64,000 nucleotides of DNA from a bacterium (GTDB lineage: Bacteria > Krumholzibacteriota > Krumholzibacteriia > LZORAL124-64-63), in assembly GCA_031441465.1 (NCBI GenBank), contig JANOEP010000072.1, positions 15,018 to 79,017 of the forward strand. Reading direction: 5' to 3'. Below, one piece after another: positions 7,865-16,344 of this stretch (its first letter is position 1; the number at the start of each line of letters is the position of its first letter). Under the pieces are notes generated by a model. It searched no databases. It had not been told where the DNA came from and worked only from the letters and a program-made list of their open reading frames with translations. A program made the translations under genes and the position numbers.

Positions 7865-8410
7865 TTACCGGTACAGCGCCTTGACCGTCCCGAACGACAT
7901 GGTCTCGTTCGGCACGGCCGCCTCGCAGGTGACGGTCAGCACGAGCTGATCGATCGTCAGGGTTTCGAAGCCCATCGGCATGCAGTGGATCATGTCGAAG
8001 TTGAAGCCGTGGTACTGGGCGATCGACAGGTCGGCCCGGCCGTCCTCGAGGAAGGACCAATCCGTCGGGTCCGCGCCGTTCACGAGCGTGACGGTCGCGT
8101 CGTACGGCTGCTGCAGGGGCGCCGTGAACCCTCCGCCGGCCGCGCCGTCCAGCGAGAAGTCCACCGTGTACTCCAGCCAGAAGTCGTAGCCCCACGGTTC
8201 GTCCATCATCTCGCACCAGCCATGCTGCCCGCCGCCGTAGCCGACGGCGTGGATCGACACGTCGGTCACGTTCACGAGCGTGACGCCGAGGTCGACCGGG
8301 ACCGTACCCGGGACGGGATGGTCGACGGTCCAGGTCACGGTCGCCGCGCCGACGGTCGTCGCGAACAGCACCGGGAACAGCAGAATGAACAACATGCGAG
8401 AGAAGGGCAT
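7865..8410 (-). CDS. Secreted hypothetical protein with C-terminal VPNETMSFGTVKALYR tail
   Basis: Signal peptide (LFILLFPVLFATTVGA), RBS GGAGG, tail shared with 51840 and 61231 ORFs. Confidence 0.8.
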   Translation of the reverse strand: MPFSRMLFILLFPVLFATTVGAATVTWTVDHPVPGTVPVDLGVTLVNVTDVSIHAVGYGGGQHGWCEMMDEPWGYDFWLEYTVDFSLDGAAGGGFTAPLQQPYDATVTLVNGADPTDWSFLEDGRADLSIAQYHGFNFDMIHCMPMGFETLTIDQLVLTVTCEAAVPNETMSFGTVKALYR

Positions 8411-8665
8411 CGGACCACCTCCGGGAATCGGGGAGGGGAAAGCTCACGACTGATGAACACGACTCTATCGAACTGACAATTTCAATTCAAGAGGCATCGA
8501 CCCGATCGAGGGTTACACGTCGCCGTCATTCTGAGAGCGGATAATCCTGATTATAATTATCCTGTTTTCGCCATTGCAGTTTGGCCGTGCATTCAGCGGC
8601 CCGCGGCTGGGCGACAACGTCCTGATCGCCACGGTGCGGCGCGATTCCAACCATGAGGTAACGAG

Positions 8666-11365
8666 ATGATCGGCAAGTCCCTGCTGCACTACGAGATCAA
8701 GAGCCTGCTCGGCAAGGGCGGCATGGGTGAGGTGTTCTGCGCGCGGGACACCAAGCTGGGCCGCGATGTGGCCGTCAAGATCCTCCCGCTCGAACTGAAC
8801 GGCGATCCGGAGCGCGAAGCCCGGTTTCAGCGGGAGGCGCGGGCCTTGGCCAGCCTGCAGCACCCCAACGTTGCCTCGGTCTACGGATTCGAGGAAGCGG
8901 AAGGGTGCCGCTTCCTGGTGATGGAACTGGTGGTGGGATCCGAACTGACGAAGCGGATGAGCGCGGGTCCCGTGCCGATCGCGGACGCCCTGAACATCGC
9001 CCGCCAGATCGCCGCGGGCCTGGAGGCGGCCCACGAGAACGGCATCGTCCACCGGGATCTCAAGCCGGCCAACATCATGGAGACGGCCGAGGGCGAGATC
9101 AAGATCCTGGACTTCGGCTTGGCCCAGGCCTGGTTCGGCGACGGCGTCCGCCAGGGCGAGTCCTCCATGACGCCGACCATCACCGCGGCCTTGAGCCAGG
9201 CGGGGGCCATCCTGGGCACGGCGGCCTACATGAGCCCGGAGCAGGCCCGGGGCGGCGCCGTGGACCGGCGCGCCGACATCTGGGCGTTCGGGGTCATCCT
9301 GTTCGAGATGCTGACGGGCAAGCGGCTCTTCCTCGGCGAGACCACGAGCGACACGCTGGCGGCGGTGCTGCGCGCCGAGCCGGAATGGGACTCCCTGCCC
9401 GTCGCCGAGGCGCCCGCCCTGTGCCGGCTGATCGAACGCTGCCTGGAACGGAATCCCAAGCAGCGGCTGCGCGACATCGGCGAGGCCCGCATCTTCCTTC
9501 AGGACGGCGACGCCAGCGGTTCCCACCTGAGTTTCTCCCACCTGGCGCCGGTGGCATCGTCCGCCGAATCCACCCGCGCCAGGACGCCGGCGCTCCTGCT
9601 GGCGGGTCTGGCCGTCGCGGGTCTGCTGGCCGGCTCGCTCGTGGGTTGGAAGGTGCTGGCCCGACCGGCGCCGCTCCCGGTCCTGCACGCCATGATTCCC
9701 CCGCCGGGGATCACGGACTACGAACTGAACTCCACGAATCCCGGTCCGGCGACCATCTCGCCGGACGGATCGATGCTGGCCTTCACCGCCACCGACACCG
9801 AAGGGGTGACCCGGCTCTACCTGCGGCACCTCGACCAGGGCGAGTCGGTCGGCCTGTCCGGCACCGAAAGCGCCGCGTACCCGTTCTGGTCCCCGGACAA
9901 CCGATTCCTCGGCTTCTTCGAGGCGGACGGCAAGAAGCTCAAGAAGATCGCCGTGACCGGCGGGCCGCCGGTGACCCTCTGCACCGCGGACAACGTCAAG
10001 GGCGGCTCCTGGAACGACCGCGGCGACATCATCTTCGCCCGCGGAGCCGACACCGGGATCTTCAGGGTGCCCGAGATCGGCGGCGAACCGGTCCGCATCA
10101 CCGCCGTCGGCCCGGATCACAATTCCCACCGGCATCCCCGGTTCCTGCCCGGCGGCCGGGAGTTCCTCTTCATCGGGCGCTCGACCAGCAGCGATCACGA
10201 CAACACCGTGTTCCTGGCGAACCTGGACACGACCGTCGTCCCGCGGGTCATCGCGACCTCGCAGGCCCACGCGGACTACGTCGACGGCTACCTGCTGACG
10301 GTGCGCGAGAACGTGCTGATGGCGACGCCCTTCACGCCGGACCAGAAGAGCGCGACCGCGGGCGGCGCCCCGCTGGTGGACAACGTCCTGACCATCCAGG
10401 GGGCGGTGGTCGGGTTGTTCAGCCCTTCGCCGACGGGCATGCTGGTCTTCCAGACGGGGGCCTCGGCCGAGGCCAGCCAGGTGTTGTCCTGGACCGACAT
10501 CGAGGACGGCAGTTCGCAACCTCTGGGCGACCTCGGCCAGATCTACCACCCGGCGATCGCTCCCGACGGGAAGCGCGCGGTCGTCGAGGTGCGCAACGCG
10601 TCGAACGAGGGCACGGACCTGTGGCTCGTCGACCTGGAGACGGGCTTGCGGACGCGCTTCACGTTCGCGCCCGGCGACGAGATCCGCGCCTGTTGGTCGC
10701 CGACCGGAAACTCCGTGTATTACGAGTCCAAGGAAGGGGGGAGCTTCCGCATCATGCAGCAGCCCGTGGAGGGACAGGGCGGCGCCGCCGTCCTGCTGGA
10801 GGCGGCGCGCGAGATCGCGGTCACCGGCGTGGGGGCGGGGGACCGCTCCATCCTGCTGGACTTCGAGCGTGAGGACGGGAAGTTCGAACTGCGGCGGATG
10901 TCCCTGGAAGCGGGCGGCGGCGCGATGACGACCGTGGCGACGGCGGCCGGGGTCAACCTGGGCGGCGGCGTCTACTCGCCCGACAACCGCTGGATCGCCT
11001 ACCACACCGAGACCGCCGCCGGCTGGGACATCTTCGTCATCCCCGCCACCGGCGGCGTGCGCAAGTGGCAAGTCAGCAGCGACGGCGCCGTCTACCCGAA
11101 GTGGAACCGCGACGGCACGGAACTGTGGGTTGTCCGCTTCAGCGGCGACCTCAACGCCTACGAGGTCGACGGCGCCGGCCAGACCTTCCGCGTGGGAAAA
11201 TCCCGCCGGGCGCTCAAGATCGCCTCGCCCGACGCCAGCGGCTGCTTCTACGACCTGCATCCGGACGGTCGGCGGATCCTCCAGACGGGGGCCGATCCGT
11301 CGTTCCGCTCCGAGGTCTCTTACCTGCACCTGGTCACCGACTGGAAGCGGGGGCTGGTCCAGTAG
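8666..11365 (+). CDS. Hanks-type Ser/Thr protein kinase with TM and TolB/PD40-like beta-propeller
   Basis: GKGGMGEV, VAVK, HRDLKPAN, DFG, YMSPE, DIWAFG; TM; repeated SPDG/WSPD/PKW motifs. Confidence 0.93.
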   Translation: MIGKSLLHYEIKSLLGKGGMGEVFCARDTKLGRDVAVKILPLELNGDPEREARFQREARALASLQHPNVASVYGFEEAEGCRFLVMELVVGSELTKRMSAGPVPIADALNIARQIAAGLEAAHENGIVHRDLKPANIMETAEGEIKILDFGLAQAWFGDGVRQGESSMTPTITAALSQAGAILGTAAYMSPEQARGGAVDRRADIWAFGVILFEMLTGKRLFLGETTSDTLAAVLRAEPEWDSLPVAEAPALCRLIERCLERNPKQRLRDIGEARIFLQDGDASGSHLSFSHLAPVASSAESTRARTPALLLAGLAVAGLLAGSLVGWKVLARPAPLPVLHAMIPPPGITDYELNSTNPGPATISPDGSMLAFTATDTEGVTRLYLRHLDQGESVGLSGTESAAYPFWSPDNRFLGFFEADGKKLKKIAVTGGPPVTLCTADNVKGGSWNDRGDIIFARGADTGIFRVPEIGGEPVRITAVGPDHNSHRHPRFLPGGREFLFIGRSTSSDHDNTVFLANLDTTVVPRVIATSQAHADYVDGYLLTVRENVLMATPFTPDQKSATAGGAPLVDNVLTIQGAVVGLFSPSPTGMLVFQTGASAEASQVLSWTDIEDGSSQPLGDLGQIYHPAIAPDGKRAVVEVRNASNEGTDLWLVDLETGLRTRFTFAPGDEIRACWSPTGNSVYYESKEGGSFRIMQQPVEGQGGAAVLLEAAREIAVTGVGAGDRSILLDFEREDGKFELRRMSLEAGGGAMTTVATAAGVNLGGGVYSPDNRWIAYHTETAAGWDIFVIPATGGVRKWQVSSDGAVYPKWNRDGTELWVVRFSGDLNAYEVDGAGQTFRVGKSRRALKIASPDASGCFYDLHPDGRRILQTGADPSFRSEVSYLHLVTDWKRGLVQ

Positions 11366-11620
11366 GAATCGGGGGAGGCGAGACGACGGTCATGTCAGCC
11401 CCACGCGATCAGCGCTTCGCCGTGATGGCGACCCGAGCCCCGAGGCTCAGAGTCCGGCGGTGTGCTTGATGCAAGGTGCTCCGGCGTAGCACCGGCAGGA
11501 TGCTCAAGACCATGGCCCTTCTCCGGCGGTCTCTCCGTGGTGCCGACCGCCCGCCCGAAGCCCCAACTCGAAGATCTGCTGCCGGTTATGGGTGTGAGTC
11601 GCTCTGTCCCGGGCCGTATG

Positions 11621-11651
11621 GTCAAATTCAAACTCCGACTTTGAATCTGAC
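11621..11651. promoter_or_regulatory. Palindromic motif copy 2, operator-like, immediately upstream of the AAA gene
   Basis: GTCAAATTCAAA ctccgac TTTGAATCTGAC; 11 of 12 arm positions complementary. Confidence 0.75.
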
Positions 11652-11657
11652 TTCAGC

Positions 11658-12842
11658 GTGCCCCGCAAGGTGCCCATGGTTGACAGGGATTTGGGGAACC
11701 GTCTTCTGGCGTCGGCTCGAACTTGTTCGGTGGTCACGGTTTCGGGTCCGCGGCGCAGCGGAAAGGCCGTGTTGTGCCGATCGGTGTTTTTCAGTCTTCC
11801 GTATCGGAACCTGGCAGTGCCGAATGTCCGCAGGTTCGCGCAGGAGGACCCGTTGGGTTTCCTGGCACAGCATCCCGAGGGGGCGATCCTGGATGAAATG
11901 CCGTGCTGTCCTGACATGTTGCCGCACCTGGTGCGGCAGATCCGTCTCGGTGCGGCGTCGGGCAACTGGATCCTGATCGGTTCGCAGAACTCGCGGATGT
12001 TTGCGGTGCTGGCACAATCGCTTGAAGGGCACATCGCCGAACACCGCCTGCTGCCGCTGACTCGCAACGAAATCGTACGGTTTCCCGCGCATCCGCGTTC
12101 GCTCGACGCGGCGATCATCCAGGGTGGGTATCCCGGTATTCCCGAAGAGGGTGTCGCGCCGGGCGGGTACCTGGACGACATCGTCGCAGAGTTGATCGAG
12201 CGCGACGTCCGTGCGGTCGCGACCCTGAGGAACCAGGTCTGTTTTCAGCGTTTCTTGGCGCTTTGCGCCGGTCGCACCGCTCGGCCCCTGAACTACTCCG
12301 CGTTGGCGGCCGACGCTGGAGTGTCGCAACCCACGGCCAAATTCTGGCTCTTGATGCTCGAAGCGAGCTTCATCGTCTTCCGGTTGCCCGCCTACGCCGG
12401 CCGCACCCGGAAGCGCCTGGCCAAGGCGCCGAAACTGCATTTCTACGACAGCGGGCTGGCTTGTCGGCTGCTCGGTATCGGTAGCGCCGAACAGTTGAGC
12501 TTGCACCCGTTGCGTGGCGCTCTCTTCGAGTCCTGGGTCGTCTCTGAAGTGATGAGACGGCGCGCGCATGACGGCCGGACCGGAGGCCTGCATCATGTTC
12601 GCGATCTGCGTGGAACGGAGGTCGCCCTCGTCATCGACCGTCCCGACGGGGTGTTGCTCGTCGACACGAAATCGGGCCAGACCGTGACTCCCGACATGCT
12701 CCAATCCCTCCATCAGGCCCGGATGGACTGGGGGGGGATGGCGTTGGTCGGCGCCGTGGTCGTCTACGGGGGAAACCGGTCGTGGGAACGGGAGGGAACC
12801 GAAATCGTGCCGTGGGCTTCGATGCTTGATGGGCTCAGTTGA
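11658..12842 (+). CDS. AAA_14/DUF4143-type ATP-binding protein, motifs degenerate (possibly decaying)
   Basis: GPRRSGKA (Walker A variant), ILDEMP, GGYP, KAPKLHFYDSGL, GALFES; ATG at 11677 is an alternative start. Confidence 0.85.
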   Translation: MPRKVPMVDRDLGNRLLASARTCSVVTVSGPRRSGKAVLCRSVFFSLPYRNLAVPNVRRFAQEDPLGFLAQHPEGAILDEMPCCPDMLPHLVRQIRLGAASGNWILIGSQNSRMFAVLAQSLEGHIAEHRLLPLTRNEIVRFPAHPRSLDAAIIQGGYPGIPEEGVAPGGYLDDIVAELIERDVRAVATLRNQVCFQRFLALCAGRTARPLNYSALAADAGVSQPTAKFWLLMLEASFIVFRLPAYAGRTRKRLAKAPKLHFYDSGLACRLLGIGSAEQLSLHPLRGALFESWVVSEVMRRRAHDGRTGGLHHVRDLRGTEVALVIDRPDGVLLVDTKSGQTVTPDMLQSLHQARMDWGGMALVGAVVVYGGNRSWEREGTEIVPWASMLDGLS

Positions 12843-12854
12843 CAGGATGCTGCG

Positions 12855-12885
12855 GCGAAATCCAAAGTTGTTCTTTGAATTTGAC
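12855..12885. repeat. Palindromic motif copy 3, just downstream of the AAA gene
   Basis: GCGAAATCCAAA gttgttc TTTGAATTTGAC. Confidence 0.7.
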
Positions 12886-12917
12886 CACAGCTCGATGCAC
12901 AGCGCCCCTCCAGGTCT

Positions 12918-13541
12918 CTAGACTGCCTGCCGCGCCCGCCACCGCCGCCAGTGCCGCACGAAGAACACCGCCGCCAGCGCGCCCAGGACGACCAGCACGC
13001 CGACATCGATGGTGTGGCTGTGCTTCATCACCGCCTCCCAGTTCTGCTTGAGCGCCGCGCCGGCCAGGGCCAGGGCGGTGTTCCACAGACCGGCGCCGAT
13101 CGTCGTGAAGATCAGGAACGGCAGCAGCGGCATCCGCCCGATCCCGGCCGGGATCGAGATGAGGTGCCGCACCACGGGGATGAAGCGGCAAGTGAGGATC
13201 GTGATCCGGCCGTGCTTGTGGAAGTACCGCTGCGTCGCTTCGAGCTCGTGCATGTCCAGCAGCAGGTACTTGCCGAAGCGGCGGAAGAAGGGCGCGCCGC
13301 CGAAGGCGCCCATGGCGTAGGAGAGCAGCGAGCCCACGATGCTGCCCAGCGTGCTGGCGACGATCACCCCGAAGAGCGAGAAGCGTCCGGTGGTGATCAG
13401 GAAGCCGGCGAAGGGCATGACCGCTTCGCTCGGGATCGGGAAGACCATGCTCTCGAGCACCATCAGCAGGAAGACGCTCGTGTAGCCGGTGGCGTCGATG
13501 AACGCCGTGGCGTGTTCGGCGATGAATTCCGTGATTCCCAT
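12918..13541 (-). CDS. DedA family membrane protein
   Basis: LMVLESMVFPIPSEAVMPFAGF, CRFIPVVRHLISIPAG; RBS GGAGG upstream of ATG 13541. Confidence 0.93.
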   Translation of the reverse strand: MGITEFIAEHATAFIDATGYTSVFLLMVLESMVFPIPSEAVMPFAGFLITTGRFSLFGVIVASTLGSIVGSLLSYAMGAFGGAPFFRRFGKYLLLDMHELEATQRYFHKHGRITILTCRFIPVVRHLISIPAGIGRMPLLPFLIFTTIGAGLWNTALALAGAALKQNWEAVMKHSHTIDVGVLVVLGALAAVFFVRHWRRWRARQAV

Positions 13542-13718
13542 GCGTCGTCCCTCCGTCCGCCCGGTTCCGCCGCGCCCCGCGACGCTGCCGTACACTAGGG
13601 CCGAACGGACCGTCCGGCAAGCGGTTCGCGCAATTGGTGATTGCCTGGCCCGGCGCGATTCCCTAGACTCCGGCCTCGGTCCGGCGGGCCCTTCCGGTCG
13701 CGCCAGAAAGAAGTCCGC

Positions 13719-15218
13719 ATGACCCGGCAGATCTTCGCCCGCAAGCCGCTGCAGGAACTGCTCGACGACATGGCCGGCGACAACCGGCTGCGCCGTTGCC
13801 TGGGCCCCGTCACCCTCACCAGCTTGGGCATCGGCGCCGTCATCGGGGCCGGCATCTTCGTGGCCACCGGCGAGGCGGCGCGCAACGTCGCCGGCCCGGC
13901 CCTGATGCTCTCCTACGCCGTGGCCGGGATCACCTGCATCTTCGCCGCCCTCTGCTACGCCGAGTTCGCCTCGATGGCGCCGGTGGCCGGCAGCGCCTAC
14001 ACCTACGCCTACGTCACCCTCGGGGAGCTGGGCGCCTGGATCATCGGCTGGGACCTCGTCCTGGAGTACGCCGTCGGCTCGGCCACGGTGGCCAACGGCT
14101 GGTCCAGCTACTTCCAGGAGGTGCTCAGCAGCTTCGGCTGGCATCTGCCGGAATCCATGCGCGGCGCGGCGCTGCACTTCGACGCCGTTTCCGGGCATTT
14201 CGTGCGGACGGGCTCGTACGTCAACCTGCCGGCGGTGCTGGCCACCATGGTGGTCACGGCCGTGCTGATCAAGGGCATCAAGGAGAGCGCGAGATTCAAC
14301 GCGGTGATGGTCGGCATCAAGGTGGCGGCAGTGCTCTTCGTGATCATCGTCGGGGCGTTCTACGTCGACCCCGCCAACTGGACGCGAGATTTCGCCCCCT
14401 ACGGCTGGACGGGCGTCGGCTTCTTCGGCATCCCGCTCTTCGGGCAGACATCCGCCGGCGGGACACCCGTGGGCATGCTCGCCGGCGCGGCGATCATCTT
14501 CTTCGCGTTCATCGGCTTCGACTCCGTCTCCACGCACGCCGAGGAGGCGCGCAACCCGAAGCGCGACGTGCCGATCGGCATCATCGTCTCGCTGCTGGTC
14601 TGCACGATCCTGTACATCGCCGTGGTGACCGTCATGACCGGGATGGTGCCCTACGACCAGATCGACGCCAACGCCGGCGTCTCGCAGGCCTTCGCGCAAC
14701 GCGGCCTGGGGCACGCGCGCTTCATCATCGCCGCGGCCGGCGTGGCCGGCATCACGTCCGTGCTGCTGGTCCTGATGCTCAGCGCGCCGCGCGTGATGCT
14801 GGCCATGGCCCGCGACGGGCTCATCTCGCCGAAATTCTTCGGCGCCGTGCACCCGCGCTTCCAGACGCCCTGGAAGAGCACGCTGGCCGTCGGCGCGTTC
14901 GTCACCGTGCTCGCCGGGTTCCTGCCCATCGACGCCCTGCTGCACATGACCAACATCGGCACGCTGTTCGCCTTCGTGATCGTCTGCACCGCGGTGCTGG
15001 TCATGCGGAAGATCGAGCCCGAGGCCAAGCGGCCGTTCCGCTGCCCCTGGGTGCCGCTCGTGCCGTTGCTGGGGGTCGGTTCCTGCCTGATGCTGATGTT
15101 CTCCCTGCCCGTCGCCAACTGGTGGCGGCTGATCGTCTGGCTGGCGATCGGGCTGGTCATCTACTTCGCCTACGGCCGCCGCCACAGTCACATGCGCCGT
15201 CAGACGAACAAGCCCTGA
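13719..15218 (+). CDS. APC-family amino acid permease (cationic amino acid transporter-like)
   Basis: GIGAVIGAGIF, CYAEFASM.PVAGSAY.Y, FFAFIGFD, EEARNP, FRCPWVP. Confidence 0.93.
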   Translation: MTRQIFARKPLQELLDDMAGDNRLRRCLGPVTLTSLGIGAVIGAGIFVATGEAARNVAGPALMLSYAVAGITCIFAALCYAEFASMAPVAGSAYTYAYVTLGELGAWIIGWDLVLEYAVGSATVANGWSSYFQEVLSSFGWHLPESMRGAALHFDAVSGHFVRTGSYVNLPAVLATMVVTAVLIKGIKESARFNAVMVGIKVAAVLFVIIVGAFYVDPANWTRDFAPYGWTGVGFFGIPLFGQTSAGGTPVGMLAGAAIIFFAFIGFDSVSTHAEEARNPKRDVPIGIIVSLLVCTILYIAVVTVMTGMVPYDQIDANAGVSQAFAQRGLGHARFIIAAAGVAGITSVLLVLMLSAPRVMLAMARDGLISPKFFGAVHPRFQTPWKSTLAVGAFVTVLAGFLPIDALLHMTNIGTLFAFVIVCTAVLVMRKIEPEAKRPFRCPWVPLVPLLGVGSCLMLMFSLPVANWWRLIVWLAIGLVIYFAYGRRHSHMRRQTNKP

Positions 15219-15265
15219 CCAGGTCGCAATCGAAGTAACTGACTGCCGTCATTGAAGATCGAATA

Positions 15266-15300
15266 GGAATCCGGCGCCCGGGGGGCGCCGGATTTCTTGT
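15266..15300 (+). terminator. Intrinsic terminator
   Basis: AATCCGGCGCCC/GGGCGCCGGATT stem followed by a T-rich tract. Confidence 0.75.
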
Positions 15301-15370
15301 GATCGCGTCCGCCGACCCCACCGCCGGCGGCACGATGCGGCAACATCCGCAACGGCAAGGCATTCCGCGT

Positions 15371-15397
15371 TAAAGTGCCTCCCCCGCTCGACGATAA
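15371..15397 (+). promoter_or_regulatory. Putative sigma28 (FliA) promoter
   Basis: TAAA-N15-GACGATAA versus consensus TAAA-N15-GCCGATAA, 75 nt upstream of motA. Confidence 0.7.
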
Positions 15398-15471
15398 CAC
15401 CCACGACCGCCGCATCCGGCGGAAGCGTCGGGCGTGGCCCGGCCGGAGTCCATCTCCCAGAGGAATGGCGC

Positions 15472-16329
15472 ATGCTTACCCTGATCGGCGTCCTCTTCGG
15501 CCTCGCCAGCGTTGTCGGCGGCTTCATCATGGAAGGCGGCAACCCCGCCGCCCTGTTCATCCTCGCCGAGTACGTCATCATCCTGGGCTGTTCGCTGGGG
15601 ACGCTCGTCGCGATGTCGACCCCGCGCGTCACGAAGCGCCTCGGCGCCGCGTTCGGCACCATGATGAAGGGCGACCGCAGCAGCAAGAAGAAGTACCTCG
15701 AGCTGCTCACGATGCTCTACGACCTGTTCCAGATCACGCGCAAGGACGGCCTGCTGGGCCTCGAGTCCCACGTCGAGGACCCGCCCAAGAGCGAGATCTT
15801 CTCGAAATACCCGGCGTTCCTGGCCGACCACCACGCGATGGCCTTCCTCTGCGACACGATCCGGCTGATCATCTCCTCGAACCTGCCCGCCCATGACCTC
15901 GAGGCGCTCATGGACGCGGACATCGAGACGCGCCACGCCGAGGAGCACCAGCCGATCAGCGTCCTGACGAAGGTCGCCGATGCGCTGCCGGGCCTGGGCA
16001 TCGTGGCGGCCGTGCTCGGCATCGTGATCACGATGGCGCACATCGACGGTCCGCCGGCGGAGATCGGCCACAAGGTGGCCGCGGCGCTCACCGGCACCTT
16101 CCTGGGCATCCTGCTCTCCTACGGCGTGTTCGGGCCGATCGCCACGAACATGGAGCTGCTGGCCCAGAACGAGTCGCGCTACTACTCCGTGATGAAGACG
16201 GCGCTGGTCGCTTTCTGGAAGATGCTGCCTGCGTCGGTCGCGGTGGAGTTCGCGCGGCGCACCATCGAAACCGACGTCCGTCCCTCGTTCAGCGAACTCG
16301 AAGAGGCATGCCGCGCGTCTCGCGGCTAG
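15472..16329 (+). CDS. motA: Flagellar motor stator protein MotA
   Basis: Four TM helices; RKDGLLGLE charged motif, PGLGIVAAVLG, GTFLGIL. Confidence 0.9.
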   Translation: MLTLIGVLFGLASVVGGFIMEGGNPAALFILAEYVIILGCSLGTLVAMSTPRVTKRLGAAFGTMMKGDRSSKKKYLELLTMLYDLFQITRKDGLLGLESHVEDPPKSEIFSKYPAFLADHHAMAFLCDTIRLIISSNLPAHDLEALMDADIETRHAEEHQPISVLTKVADALPGLGIVAAVLGIVITMAHIDGPPAEIGHKVAAALTGTFLGILLSYGVFGPIATNMELLAQNESRYYSVMKTALVAFWKMLPASVAVEFARRTIETDVRPSFSELEEACRASRG

Positions 16330-16344
16330 GAAGGGATTCCGGGC

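Noticed and set aside
11500-11605. Minus-strand HNRQQIF resembling a REP-associated tyrosine transposase fragment
   Set aside because: Only a few residues match, no HUH or catalytic Tyr motif follows, and there are no REP hairpins.
7720-12886. 12-7-12 palindromes as tyrosine-recombinase crossover sites
   Set aside because: The three 7-bp spacers differ, whereas recombination normally needs spacer identity, and there is no recombinase in the window. An operator role fits better.
12951-13598. Plus-strand 215-aa ORF
   Set aside because: It is the antisense shadow of the DedA gene on the minus strand.
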